From Candidatus Marinacidobacterales bacterium (GTDB taxonomy: Bacteria; Acidobacteriota; Vicinamibacteria; Marinacidobacterales; DATDRI01), in NCBI GenBank assembly GCA_965219415.1, contig CBDCNP010000002.1:3200001-3264000 (forward strand): 64,000 bases of DNA, given 5' to 3'. A program made the translations under genes and the position numbers. The notes beneath the pieces are model-generated. The model saw nothing but the letters and a program-made list of their open reading frames with translations. It searched no databases and was not told the DNA's origin. Positions 53,158-63,819 of this stretch are shown here, in pieces. The number at the start of each line of letters is the position of its first letter. Positions within the stretch are counted from its first letter, which is position 1.

Positions 53158-54996
53158 TCACTCCAAGAGTCCCAGCCGCCGGCCAAGATCCACGTATCGC
53201 GGATCGGAGCGAAGCGGATCTAAGGTGTGATCGACCCTGTACCAGGTTAGAAACGGTGTCTTCTCACGGTAAGCTTGTTCCAGCCACTCGAACGCCTTGT
53301 CTTTGTCGCCCAAACCGGCGTAGATGGCGGCTCGATGGAGGGGTGAAACGTAATCGCCGCGCTCGGACTTCTCCTCGAGCCCCTTCAGAATGGCCAGCGC
53401 CCCTTCTCGTCTCCCTGCGACGCCGTACGCATAAGCCAGCCGCCAACTCATGCCGGAGCCTTCGAAGGCTTTGATGGCTTCGTCGAGGCGACCTCGCACC
53501 AGGTACAGATCCCCGAGGTGCCAGTAAGCGAAGGGGTGATCGGGATAAAGCTCGATGGTTTGCCGCGCTTGTTTCTCGGCACGGTCGAGCTGTCCCACAC
53601 CCAAGTAGCCCCTCGCCATGCCGGCCCTCATCACCGGATTGTTCGGGTCGTTCATCAAGGCGCTCTTCCGGTGCTCCAGACTTTCTTCGTGGCGCTCCAT
53701 CCCGCTCAGGAACCACGCGTAGATGAGGTGCGCCGTGCCGTCATTGGGATCAAGCTCGATGGCTCGTTTGCGGGCCCGCTCCGAACCTTCCCAGTCCAGT
53801 TCGATCACTTTCAGCGCCCCAAGTACTGTTTGCGCCTCGGCGAGGCTGTTGTCGAGCTCGAGAGCTTTTGTGACCGCTGCCTTCAAATCGATCAAGACGT
53901 CTGCTGGCCGAGCATAACCATTGAAGGTGATGAACGCGTAGGCATGTGCGATTCCCGCGTAGGCGGGCGCATAGGAGGGATCGACTCGGGCCGCGCCTTC
54001 GAAGAGCTCTACCGACTTCCAAAGGCTTTTCTCGTCTCGCTGTGCGACAAAGAATCGCCCCCTCCAGTAGAGTTGAAGGGCTTCGATGTTGTCGGTATAA
54101 TTCTTGGTAAGAGCGGCTCTGTCTTCCCGGGTCAGTGTGGAAACGAGTGCAGACGCCACCCGTTCGGCGATCGTGTCCTGCACAACGAAAATGTCCGTGA
54201 AGTCCTCATCGAACGTATCCGCCCACATCGGCGTGCCGTAATCGACCCGAAGGAGTTGGACGGTCACGCGGATCGTATCCTCGTTCCGCTACACGGTTCC
54301 CTCTAGCACCGCGTCCACGTGCAGCTCTCGCGCCACTTCGATCGAGCTGCCTCGTGTTTCAGTGTAGTCTCGCACGGCGCTCGTGGGTCTTACCGTGATG
54401 CGAGAAACATTGCTGAGCTTAGTGATAAGAGCGTCCGCGAGGCCGAGCTCGAGGTAGATATCCTCATCGTCAGGGCTGATGGACTTGAATGGAAGCACCG
54501 CAATGGACTGGGGAACAGCCGCGCTGATATCACGGCCTCGATCGAATTCGTCGAACGGGAGGATGGCTCTCTGCTCCCTGAGCCATAGATAGCCGGCCAA
54601 CGACAAAACGATCGCGCTTGCCAAAAGGGCAATGGTGGAGGATTTAGGGAATGGCCTCGGCGTTGAGCCATCTGCTTGTTGCACGTTGCCGATGAACCGA
54701 TAACCCCGTCGAGCGACCGTCTCGATGTAGCGCGGTTTTTCGGCGGAATCACCGAGCGCCGTGCGAAGCTTTCCGATAGCGGTGTTGAGGCCCCGTTCGA
54801 AATCCACGAACGTATCGTCGGGCCAAAGTCGCTTCGTGACCTCCTCGCGGCTGACCATTTCGCCGGGTTGCTCTAACAAGATTTCTAGAATCTGAAAGGG
54901 TTTTTCCTGCAGCTTGATCTTGTGGCCGCGCTTCAGAAGCTCGCCGGCACGCAGATCCACTTCGAAATCGCCGAATCGGACGGTGCGGTTTGACAC
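53158..54996 (-). pseudogene. wHTH-TM-TolB-like-TPR regulator copy 2 with in-frame TAG at 54289-54291
   Basis: RFGDFEVDL..GEL, YIETV.RRGYRF, SIAVLPF, EGTV*RNEDTIRVTVQL, TPRs. Confidence 0.88.
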
Positions 54997-55001
54997 TTAC
55001 C

Positions 55002-57119
55002 TCAACTCGTGCCCGGATCGGGGCGGGAATGCTTCTCAACGAGCTCCCGGTAGCCGGGATGTTCGCGCAATGAATCCCAGAGTGGATCCAACTCGAGGTG
55101 GGGTACTGACAGGATGGTGCCCGAGGGGATAGAGAGAAGGGTGTCGAGCTCCTCCAATGCGGCCTCGTGATCTCCGAGCATCGTGTAGATGAGCGCCAAG
55201 TTGTGCACGGCTCCCCGCCCGCGAAGGATGTTGACCTCAACTGGAGCTAATTTCACGGCCTCCTGACCTTCTTTCACGGCTTCTTTCGCGCGGCCGAGGC
55301 CGGCATGGGCGATCCCGAGGGCACTGTGAATGCGCGGATCCTTCGGGCGCTCCTCCAGCTCTCTTTCGAGAACCACTACCGCGTCTGCGTAGGCGGAGTC
55401 CGCCCGGCCCGTCTCGCCCAGCAAATCGTAGGTATTAGCGATGAGCAGCGCCTTAGGGTAGAACCAGGTCGCGAGATTAAAGGCTTCCTGGGGGGCGGAG
55501 TTCAATTTGCCTAGGGCTTCCTCGATCCTTCTTTCCATGAGCAGCTGGCGCCACCAGATCACCACCGCCACGTCCTGGCTCTGATCTGGCAGCGATGTGA
55601 GCGCATCCCGAGCTCCTTCTAAGTCACCCTTCGCCCAGCTGTTAATTGCGATATATACGTGTGTGAAGAACTGGCCAGGAGCGATCGTGAGGAGCAACGC
55701 GAGGTAGCGATCGGCCTCGGCGTAACGTCGGAGTTGGCCTAGGTTGACAGCGATGAAAGTAGCCAGAAACTCGTTTCGTGGGTCGAGCTCGTAGGCTTGC
55801 TTGGATTGTTCCAGAGCTTCTTCGAGGTGACCCTGCGCTTGTTTCACCATAGCCATGAGAAGAGCGATGCGCGTTCCGTTGGGTATGCCGTTCGCGGCGA
55901 TGGCCAACTGCTCCAGTGCGCGCGGATAATCTTTCCCCTGGTGATAAATAAGCCCCTGCGCCAGGTGTGCCTCCGCAAGATCGGGCTCGAGATCGAAAGC
56001 TTTCGCTACCGCCTGTTCTGCGAGCTCGAGCCTTTGTGGTGAGGGATCGTGACGGTAGAACCATGTGTGAGCGACCGCTAGCTCGGCATAGGCTTTGGCG
56101 AAGCCGGGATCGAGCTCCACGGCCTTCTCTAGCGACTCGATCGCGAGACTACTCTCCTCCACCTGGGCTACTCCCGGCGACCAAAGATGGCTCAGGCCGC
56201 GGACGTAGGCCTGATAGGCATCTGGATCGGCCGTCGGAGGGCTGTCTAGGGATTTCTGCTCGCTCGCGACTAGGCTGATTCCGAGCTGTTCGATGACGCC
56301 CCTAGCGATGTCCGACTGAACACCGAAGACGTCGTCCGTCACTCCATCGTAAGGCTCCGACCAAATCTGCGTGTCATCGGATATCCGGATGAGCTGGGGC
56401 GTGACGCGCACTTGACCCTCTTGCCATCGGACGGTGCCTTCGAGGATGAAGTCGACGCCAAGCACTTCGCCGATCTGCTTGGTGCCCTTGTCAGAATTCC
56501 TGTACTTGTTAGCACTGTTTCGTGAGATCACGCCGATCGCTCGAACGATCGCCAAGCGGCTTGTGATCTCTTGCGTCATCCCGTCGGCGAAGTAGTGATC
56601 CTCGGGTTGTTCGAGGTTCTCGAAGGGGAGAACGACGATCCTGGGGCGCGTTGACGTTGGGGTCGGCGCAGGGGCGCGCCCGAGGAGTAAGTAGGCCGCC
56701 ATGAGTGCAACGACTGTGGCAGCCACGACAGCAACGAAGGCGGTCTTACGGTTTGAGGATGGTCTCTCTGAGAGACCAGCCGGTGGCTCGATGGAACCGA
56801 TGAACCGATAGCCCCGGCGGGCCACCGTCTCAACGTACCGGGGCTTCTCGGCGGAATCACCGAGTGCGGTGCGGAGCTTTCCGATCGCGGTGTTGAGGCC
56901 CCGCTCGAAATCCACGAACGTGTCCGCCGGCCAGAGTCTCTCGGCGAGCTCGTGACGGCTGACCATGTCGCCGGGTTGCTCTAAGAGGATCTCTAGAATC
57001 TGAAAAGGCTTTTCCTGGAGCTTGATCTTGTGGCCGCGCTTGAGGAGCTCGCCGGCGCGCAGATCCACCTCGAAATCGCCAAATCGAACGGTGTCGGAGG
57101 GCTCGACGGCAGGTCTCAT
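55002..57119 (-). CDS. wHTH-TM-TolB-like-TPR membrane-anchored regulator (CadC/ToxR-like) copy 3, intact
   Basis: 705 aa; wHTH, TM helix, IVVLPFENL, YFADGMT.EI, EGTVRW, TPRs, LDP.WD.LR.HP. Confidence 0.9.
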   Translation of the reverse strand: MRPAVEPSDTVRFGDFEVDLRAGELLKRGHKIKLQEKPFQILEILLEQPGDMVSRHELAERLWPADTFVDFERGLNTAIGKLRTALGDSAEKPRYVETVARRGYRFIGSIEPPAGLSERPSSNRKTAFVAVVAATVVALMAAYLLLGRAPAPTPTSTRPRIVVLPFENLEQPEDHYFADGMTQEITSRLAIVRAIGVISRNSANKYRNSDKGTKQIGEVLGVDFILEGTVRWQEGQVRVTPQLIRISDDTQIWSEPYDGVTDDVFGVQSDIARGVIEQLGISLVASEQKSLDSPPTADPDAYQAYVRGLSHLWSPGVAQVEESSLAIESLEKAVELDPGFAKAYAELAVAHTWFYRHDPSPQRLELAEQAVAKAFDLEPDLAEAHLAQGLIYHQGKDYPRALEQLAIAANGIPNGTRIALLMAMVKQAQGHLEEALEQSKQAYELDPRNEFLATFIAVNLGQLRRYAEADRYLALLLTIAPGQFFTHVYIAINSWAKGDLEGARDALTSLPDQSQDVAVVIWWRQLLMERRIEEALGKLNSAPQEAFNLATWFYPKALLIANTYDLLGETGRADSAYADAVVVLERELEERPKDPRIHSALGIAHAGLGRAKEAVKEGQEAVKLAPVEVNILRGRGAVHNLALIYTMLGDHEAALEELDTLLSIPSGTILSVPHLELDPLWDSLREHPGYRELVEKHSRPDPGTS

Positions 57120-57185
57120 GGCTGGCCGCTGATTACGCCCAATTTACACCCGGAAGTCGTCTGCGTCGAGCTTGCGGCTGGAAGC

Positions 57186-57226
57186 TACTTGGTCTGGACC
57201 GAGTAGCTTAAAATATTACTTGAGGT
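57186..57226. repeat. Non-coding 41-bp element, copy D (overlaps 28-bp palindrome 57182-57209)
   Basis: aagctacttggtc-tg-gaccgagtagctt; 31/41 match to 52169-52209. Confidence 0.75.
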
Positions 57227-57387
57227 TTCATCTCAACTCGCGCTCAACTGTCGGTCTTCCCGAAATTCCAACCCACTTACTTCTAATTACTTAGGCGGTT
57301 ATCCGCAGTTTGCCGACGGATCGCCGGCGGTCCATTTATGCCCGCGCGCCCCTGTCCGACATTGCCTCCAGAGCAAAGGAGGCGGTC

Positions 57388-58044
57388 ATGGACAGGAAAA
57401 ACTGGACGGGACATGAACTTCGGCGACTGGCGATCATTTTGGTACTGGGTCTGGGTGTGTTTTCCCATTCTCGAACCGCTCGAGCGGACGAGGATCTTCA
57501 GCTCAAATTGGTGTGGGTGAATACGGCTACCGAATTCCCCTTGGCATTCGACCTAATGGCCGGGGAGGTCGGTTTCATTTTCGCCGGGATGGAGGTCGAG
57601 GTGGTTTGGAGCGACCGAACCTCCGCCCTTCTCGACCAGGAGGTCCCGACACTACGAGTTGTCCTCACCCCGACCGAACCTTCGACCTGGGGACTGGGAG
57701 AGGAGACGATGGGTGTGGCGCCGCGCGCGGGCGGGTCCGGAGCATCGATCTACATCTTTCTGGGAAGCATTCTGCGAGTGCTGGGATTTGACCTAGAGGG
57801 CGATCAGCGAATGAGCCCAGAGGACCGGCGAGCCATAGCACGCGCAGTGGCTAGGGTCGTAGCCCATGAAGTGATCCACGTTCTCGATCAAGACCCGGGA
57901 CACGATTCGCGAGGCATCATTAGCCCGAAGCTGGACCGTGACTTCTTGGGTCGACCCCAAGTGCAGCTGTGGCCTTCGACTGGACGGGTGGTCCGCGCTG
58001 GGTTGCTTGCTTTATCGCTCAGAAGCCGAGGACGTAATCGATGA
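57388..58044 (+). CDS. Secreted protein with HExxH-type zinc-binding motif
   Basis: AAGGAGG RBS, signal peptide, VAHEVIHVLDQDPGH..GII. Confidence 0.6.
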   Translation: MDRKNWTGHELRRLAIILVLGLGVFSHSRTARADEDLQLKLVWVNTATEFPLAFDLMAGEVGFIFAGMEVEVVWSDRTSALLDQEVPTLRVVLTPTEPSTWGLGEETMGVAPRAGGSGASIYIFLGSILRVLGFDLEGDQRMSPEDRRAIARAVARVVAHEVIHVLDQDPGHDSRGIISPKLDRDFLGRPQVQLWPSTGRVVRAGLLALSLRSRGRNR

Positions 58045-59230
58045 ACAGGCGATTCATGGTGGCGGCTTCGCCGAGCTCGGGCTGGGTTCGGTACCAGGTG
58101 AAGTTCAGAGATTGTCCCGCCGGCATGGCGATACGGAAATCGACTCGGGTACCGTTCAGGTTGGACGCGCGGCGCGTGTCGGACTGGGTGTAAGCATAGA
58201 GGATGGCGTCGGGCTGGGAGTAGTAGTAGGTGAACCGAATGGCGAGATCCCCGAAGTTTCTTCCACCTCCAACCGCGGCGCGAAAGAAAAAGCCGGTATC
58301 GTTATCCTTTCCCGTTCCCTGGGCGCCGGTTCCGATCTCGGTTCCGAGCCGATCCTTGGCGCCGGTGTTCTTGTAATAGAAGAAACGAAGGAACAAGGGC
58401 CAAGTCGCATTGGACTCATTACGCCACTGGGCGAACGCAGTCAAAATGCGAAAATCACTGACTAGTTGTCCCGATTCGTCCAGCAGGTTGGTTACTTTGT
58501 TTCCCCGGAGCTCACCCTCGAGGCTCAAGTCCACAACGAGTTGAGGATCGACGTAGTGATCGTAGCCCACCCCAACGGTAAGCGTGTCGTGCTCGCCGAA
58601 CTCGAATTGAGGTCGAATCTGGGCTCCGAGCAGCCAAGCGGATTGCTCGTCGTTTTGCTGGAGAATGATCTGGTAGACGCTCGCCCCAAGACGCTCTAGG
58701 ACCCCGCCATCCTCACTCTGCAGCGTCACGCGCTGCATGAAACCTTCGGTGGTCACGTCGCTGTCCCATTGCATATCCGAGACGACCCAATACCTACGGT
58801 GCTCGAACTTACCGGCGACGACGGAGAATTTTTCAGACAGTCGGAAGTCGCCATAAACCTCGGCCAGCTTGAAGTCCTTCTTTCCGAGGCCCCCGCCGAA
58901 GTCCTGGTTGTCGGAGACGGGGTTGCTCGGATTCCCACTCCGGAACTCGAATCCGGCGTCGAGGAAATGACTTACGTCGGCTTCGAAGCCGGCCCTCAAT
59001 CGATAGCGAAAAACGTCCTCGAATTCCTCCCGCTTGCTCGCATCATAACGGAAACGCAAATCGGCGTAGAAGTCGATCTTCTCGTACCATTGTTTGGGCG
59101 AATCTTCAGGGGGGGCTTGAGGCTCTTGGGACTGGGCGAAGAGAGAGGTGCCCAAAGTGAGTACGGCGCAGGTGGACAAGAGAACTTTCTTCAAATATCT
59201 CTCGCTTGCTGGATCTGCGGATTTTCTCAA
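58019..59230 (-). CDS. Putative outer-membrane porin
   Basis: Signal peptide, DLRFRY..R.RLR.G, NPVSDNQ, alternating beta strands, terminal Phe. Confidence 0.7.
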   Translation of the reverse strand: MRKSADPASERYLKKVLLSTCAVLTLGTSLFAQSQEPQAPPEDSPKQWYEKIDFYADLRFRYDASKREEFEDVFRYRLRAGFEADVSHFLDAGFEFRSGNPSNPVSDNQDFGGGLGKKDFKLAEVYGDFRLSEKFSVVAGKFEHRRYWVVSDMQWDSDVTTEGFMQRVTLQSEDGGVLERLGASVYQIILQQNDEQSAWLLGAQIRPQFEFGEHDTLTVGVGYDHYVDPQLVVDLSLEGELRGNKVTNLLDESGQLVSDFRILTAFAQWRNESNATWPLFLRFFYYKNTGAKDRLGTEIGTGAQGTGKDNDTGFFFRAAVGGGRNFGDLAIRFTYYYSQPDAILYAYTQSDTRRASNLNGTRVDFRIAMPAGQSLNFTWYRTQPELGEAATMNRLFIDYVLGF

Positions 59231-59303
59231 AGTGATGCTTCAATGTGAAGCCCTTTTTTGAAATCTTGATTCCTGCCTGGAGGGCCACTATGATGCGCTC
59301 CTC

Positions 59304-60840
59304 ATGGGCCGGCACCCCCCTTACATAGGGGTTCTAGCATTCCTCTCAGCGTGTGCCGGAGGTGGCGACACACCATCGACTATTCGCCTGGTAGACATAT
59401 TCGGTGCGGCTACGGTCGAAGGCGGTCCGTCTGCTCGGCCCGCCTCTGCGTCAAGAACCGAATGGACGTTCGATGAGCCGGGCAAGGGTGGCTGGGAAGC
59501 CGGTTCAGGTGTGTCGGGCCTGGTGGTTCGTGATGGGCGGCTGCGCGGAAGGACTACGAAAGACTTCCCGATCATTCATGTCGAGCGTGGATCAGATGTC
59601 GACGAGAACGATGTGTTACATGCGGTCGAAGTTCGGGCGAGGGCCTCGAAAGGCACCAACCTTTCGTTGAACGTAGTCGGGTCCGAAGAGATTGACTTTG
59701 AAGGGCTCATCAACCGAGAGACGGTCATCCCCTGGCCGCTTCGAACGCCCATCGTCGCGGGCGACGATCTCCAGACCTATACCATGACGACCGGAACGGC
59801 CGCCTTTCGGACGTCTTTTCCCTCTTCGGACATCCGCCACATTCTGTTGAGGCCGACCGACGCCTCGGGGGCGGATTTCGAGATCGAATCGGTGCGACTC
59901 ATCTTTCGGAGCGAGCACTTGGCAAGCATTCCATCGGGAGTCAGTTGGCAAGGTTTCGGAGACATCTTTCGCGAAACCATCGTCACCCGCTCGCCGGAGA
60001 GGGCGAAATTCACGATGACGCTTCCGCCGCAACCCACGCTCGATCTCGCGGTGGGCACGGTGGAAGATGGGCCGGTCACCTTCACCGTCGAGGTAAGTCA
60101 AGGTAGCGGTGCGGTCACCGTGCTCGAGCGGACGGTTACGACCCCCGATCGTTGGGAACCGACGCACGTGGATGGAAAAGCTCCGTGAGCTCGGGCTGGA
60201 TGAAAAAACGCTTGTCGTGTTCCTTAGCGATCACGGCGAAGAGTTTTTGGATCACGACGAGCACTTCCACGAAATGGATGTCTACGGCGAGATGATCAAT
60301 GTTCCACTCATTCTGAGATGGCCGGGCGTCGTGCCGGCGGGAATGGTCATCGAGGAAACGGTCCAGAACGTCGACGTCATGCCGACGCTCCTCGAGCTCA
60401 GTGGCATCCCACTCCCGGAGGGAATCCAAGGACGCAGCCTCGTGCCCTTACTGTCTGCACACAGCGGCGTGGCCGGCGTTTCGTCCGATGCCCGTTGGCA
60501 GAATCGGCCGGCCGTCTCGGAGTGGAAGAGGCGCAAAGACCAACTGGAAATCCGCGACGTCGACGCCTTCTCGATCATCCTCGACGGTTGGAAGCTCATC
60601 CACAATGTGGAAAGGTTCGAGGACTACCCCGAGTACGAGCTCTACCATCACGCTAACGATCCTCTAGATCAGAAGGACCTGGCCTCCGAGAACCAAGAGA
60701 TGGTCGAGCATCTGGCGAAGCAACTCGAGCGATGGCACGAATGGGCACTGGCGGCGCGTTTGCCGTCCGACGCCGAAGCGACGGAAGGTTTGCCGGCGGA
60801 AGAGCTGGAGCGCCTCCGAAGCCTGGGCTACGTACAGTAG
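59304..60840 (+). pseudogene. Lipoprotein sulfatase-like protein with large internal deletion near 60170
   Basis: N-terminal domain joins out of frame to TLVVFLSDHGEEF, VPLILR.PG, DVMPTLLEL, ELERLRSLGY; the catalytic N-half of the sulfatase domain is missing. Confidence 0.78.
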
Positions 60841-60862
60841 TTTCGCTTACAATAGGACTCTA

Positions 60863-61519
60863 GTGGGCCCCGTAAGATCCTCTTGGCAGAACCGACTCCC
60901 TTCCTTTTTTGTGCTCGCCCTTGTTTTACTCTTCCCCATCGGTGTGGGGCATGGCGGACAGGCTGATAAGGTCAAACCCGATAAGGGCGTCTTCCTCGTA
61001 GCCAAGCCCAAGGTCGAAGGCCAGTTCAGCCAAAGCGTGGTGCTTCTGCTCATGCACGGGGAAACGGGAACCCTTGGCGTGATCGTCAATCGTTTGACCA
61101 AGGCATCGCTCGATGACGTGCTGCCTGATCTCGAGAGGGGAAGCAAGGAGACGCACCGGGTGTTTTTCGGAGGGCCGGTCGCGTTGAACGGTCTTCTTTT
61201 CGTGTTTCGTTCTACCCGTCCGCCCGAGGGAGCGTCGCATGTCATGGGGGACGTGTATTTCAGCGCCGAGCTCGAGGTTTTTGAGAAAGTGCTGAAGCGA
61301 AAGACGAGCTCGAGCGCGCTTCGTCTTTTCCTGGGCCACTCCGGCTGGGGGCCGGGTCAGCTCAAATGGGAGATTGGTCGGGGCGATTGGGAGCTCGTTC
61401 GCGCCGATACGGAAACGGTTTTCGAGAAGGATCCGAAGATGATTTGGCCCGAATTAATGGGTCCGGTTACGCGGCAGGTGGTGGACGGTCGAGACGTCAG
61501 GGAGTATCGGACACCGTAA
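60863..61519 (+). CDS. YqgE/AlgH (DUF179) family protein
   Basis: F..SVVLL..H...GTLGVIVNR, FFGGPV, FLGHSGWGPGQL..EI..GDW. Confidence 0.88.
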   Translation: MGPVRSSWQNRLPSFFVLALVLLFPIGVGHGGQADKVKPDKGVFLVAKPKVEGQFSQSVVLLLMHGETGTLGVIVNRLTKASLDDVLPDLERGSKETHRVFFGGPVALNGLLFVFRSTRPPEGASHVMGDVYFSAELEVFEKVLKRKTSSSALRLFLGHSGWGPGQLKWEIGRGDWELVRADTETVFEKDPKMIWPELMGPVTRQVVDGRDVREYRTP

Positions 61520-63215
61520 AAGACGTCATCATCCCAGCGTGAAGGTGCTCGGCGATGTGACAGTGAAGCATCCACTCTCCCGGATTCGACATGTCGACCA
61601 GGATGTCCATCGTCGCGCCCACGGGAACGATCGCGGTGTCTTTCCAAACGAGGTTTTGGTTGGGGACGGCATCAATGGAAAGTACGAGGAAGCGCTGCCC
61701 GTGGAGATGAATGGGATGGTTCATGGGGTGGATGGTCTCGGGGTCGTTGAAGATCCGGATCTTGACCACGTCGCCTTCCTTGAACCCCCAGTGAATGTCC
61801 ATGTTCTCTTTGCCGGTGTCGGGATCGCGGAGAATCCAATGCACCTGCTCGGCGCTCGACAACCAGTTCATCATGGGCATGGCGTCGTTCCATTCCATGG
61901 GGGGTGCATAGAGACCGGCCTCGAACTGCATCGCCCGCACGATGGGGAGAGGCAGGTCCTGGATGCGAAGAATCAGCTCCAGCTGGTGGTCCACCTCTTT
62001 GCCAAAGTACTTGCGGTAAGCGTCCACGTCCTCCTGGACATCCTCGTTCTCGCGGAGCGTGAAGAAGCTCTCGTGTAGATCCTCTGCCACCGGCTCGTTC
62101 GAGACGGTGACTCTTCCGAGTACATCGACACGGGGCTTGAACTCACCACGGAACTCGTCGATCGCCTGAATCGAGTTCGTGATATCGAGATCGCCCGGCT
62201 CATCGAAGAGGACCTCGACCACGTAACGTTCCGCGGGAGCGATCACAACGCTATCCACCCAAACCTCGCGCTCGTACTTGCTTACGTCGGAAGCGATGAC
62301 TTTGCTCTTCGCTCCTCCGAAGACGACGTTGAAGGTCCGCGAGTTGGCAACATTGGTTAGGTAGAAGCGAACCACTTCACCCCTTGTTACCGAGAGCTGG
62401 TAGTCGGTGACCCCGTTCACCAGCATCACGTTCCCGAAGCGTCCCATCAGTGCATGAGTGACCGCCCGGTCGCCGTAGGGGATCAAGCCGAGTTCGTCGA
62501 TGAGGATGTCGTCGAGGATCAGAAGTTCTTCTCGATTGACGGGGTTGTAGTAGTCGGCCTCGGGCGGAGCGACCAGCATGTTCCCGTAGAGCCCGAGATC
62601 CTGCTGGACGTCCTCTCGCATATGGGGGTGATACCAGTAGATGCCGGTATCCCGAAAGAAAAGCTCGTAGGTGAAGCTCTCGCCCGGTTTGACAGGCGGT
62701 TGGGTAATGTCGGGAACGCCATCGAAGCGGTTATCGAGGCGCAGGCCGTGCCAATGCACGGTGGTGGGCATCTTGATCTCGTTCTTGAACTCGACGATGA
62801 CCGTGGATCCCTTGGCAGCCTTGATCAGGGGCCCTGGGTACTGGCCGTTATAGCCGTACATGAGGAAGGTCTTGCCGTTGATGGTGCGCCGCACCAGGCT
62901 GGCGCTCATCTCCATTTTTTCTCCATCCTTCATGTCTATGATTTCGGCTGGCTTTGCTTCGGGAAACATGTCGAGGTGGTGCGCGTCCATACCGGGCAGG
63001 AACGGCCCCACGATGGGAACCGCATTCTCCAAACCGGGCATCGGCGGCATAGGGTAGTCGTGAGGAGGCATCCGCCACGCGTTGGGATCGGAGTCGCCGC
63101 CGTGATGCATGTGGCCTTCCTGCTTGGCTTCTTCCTCCGGCGGTTCAAAGGCGGAGGCGACGGGGAGGAGCAATCCCAAGGCGAGGCCCAACACAAGGCA
63201 AGACACTGTCTTCAT
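61497..63215 (-). CDS. Multicopper oxidase (three-domain)
   Basis: HWHG, WYHPH, HPIHLHG, HCHIAEH..AGM copper motifs; signal peptide. Confidence 0.93.
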   Translation of the reverse strand: MKTVSCLVLGLALGLLLPVASAFEPPEEEAKQEGHMHHGGDSDPNAWRMPPHDYPMPPMPGLENAVPIVGPFLPGMDAHHLDMFPEAKPAEIIDMKDGEKMEMSASLVRRTINGKTFLMYGYNGQYPGPLIKAAKGSTVIVEFKNEIKMPTTVHWHGLRLDNRFDGVPDITQPPVKPGESFTYELFFRDTGIYWYHPHMREDVQQDLGLYGNMLVAPPEADYYNPVNREELLILDDILIDELGLIPYGDRAVTHALMGRFGNVMLVNGVTDYQLSVTRGEVVRFYLTNVANSRTFNVVFGGAKSKVIASDVSKYEREVWVDSVVIAPAERYVVEVLFDEPGDLDITNSIQAIDEFRGEFKPRVDVLGRVTVSNEPVAEDLHESFFTLRENEDVQEDVDAYRKYFGKEVDHQLELILRIQDLPLPIVRAMQFEAGLYAPPMEWNDAMPMMNWLSSAEQVHWILRDPDTGKENMDIHWGFKEGDVVKIRIFNDPETIHPMNHPIHLHGQRFLVLSIDAVPNQNLVWKDTAIVPVGATMDILVDMSNPGEWMLHCHIAEHLHAGMMTSFTVSDTP

Positions 63216-63243
63216 AATCTTGGTCTTTGGTGCAGCGGCTTTT

Positions 63244-63819
63244 CTAGAATCCGTATGTGGCGCAGGGCTCCAGCTCGAAAGGACCGTGGCCGGCCAATGT
63301 GTGCATGAGTCCGCTCCGCGACATGCCACGTAAGATGATCGGCCCCTGCCACGTGTCGGTGGCCTCGGTAGAAGGCTCGAGTGTGATGATGACAAGAAAT
63401 TTGTTCCATTCCACTCGACCGGATAGCGAGAAGCTTTCGTCCAAGACACCGAGTCGCTTTATCTGATCGAGCTCTGGTGTCGAGACCCAGGCCGTGTAGA
63501 CGCCTTTCTTTGGCGGCGCGAGGCGCTCGATATGAAGCTCTAGGTCGTAGACGTAGCTTCCCTTCGGCGAGACGGAAATGCCGAAGGGGGAAGCGGCGAA
63601 GTTAACCTGCGCCGTCCCCTTCGCGAGCCCGGTGCCAGCGATTCTCTTCGTGGTCACCAGGGCGATCTCGTAGTACGTGGAGGTCCCGATGAGATCCCGA
63701 GCCACTCCGCTGCAAGGGCTACGAGGAGCGGATTTTTCCGGCGCCGGGCTTGCCGCAGTCAAGAGCACGAGGGAGAGCGCAAGGCCGAGGCCGGTCGGTG
63801 CCCTCCCGGTTCGCCTCAT
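63244..63819 (-). CDS. Secreted hypothetical protein in the multicopper oxidase operon
   Basis: ATGA overlap with the upstream gene; signal peptide; C-terminal MHT.AGHG. Confidence 0.6.
   Translation of the reverse strand: MRRTGRAPTGLGLALSLVLLTAASPAPEKSAPRSPCSGVARDLIGTSTYYEIALVTTKRIAGTGLAKGTAQVNFAASPFGISVSPKGSYVYDLELHIERLAPPKKGVYTAWVSTPELDQIKRLGVLDESFSLSGRVEWNKFLVIITLEPSTEATDTWQGPIILRGMSRSGLMHTLAGHGPFELEPCATYGF

Noticed and set aside
52216-57119. Diversity-generating retroelement or shufflon behind the wHTH array
   Set aside because: No reverse transcriptase or invertase, no adenine-specific TR/VR pair seen, and all copies are co-oriented
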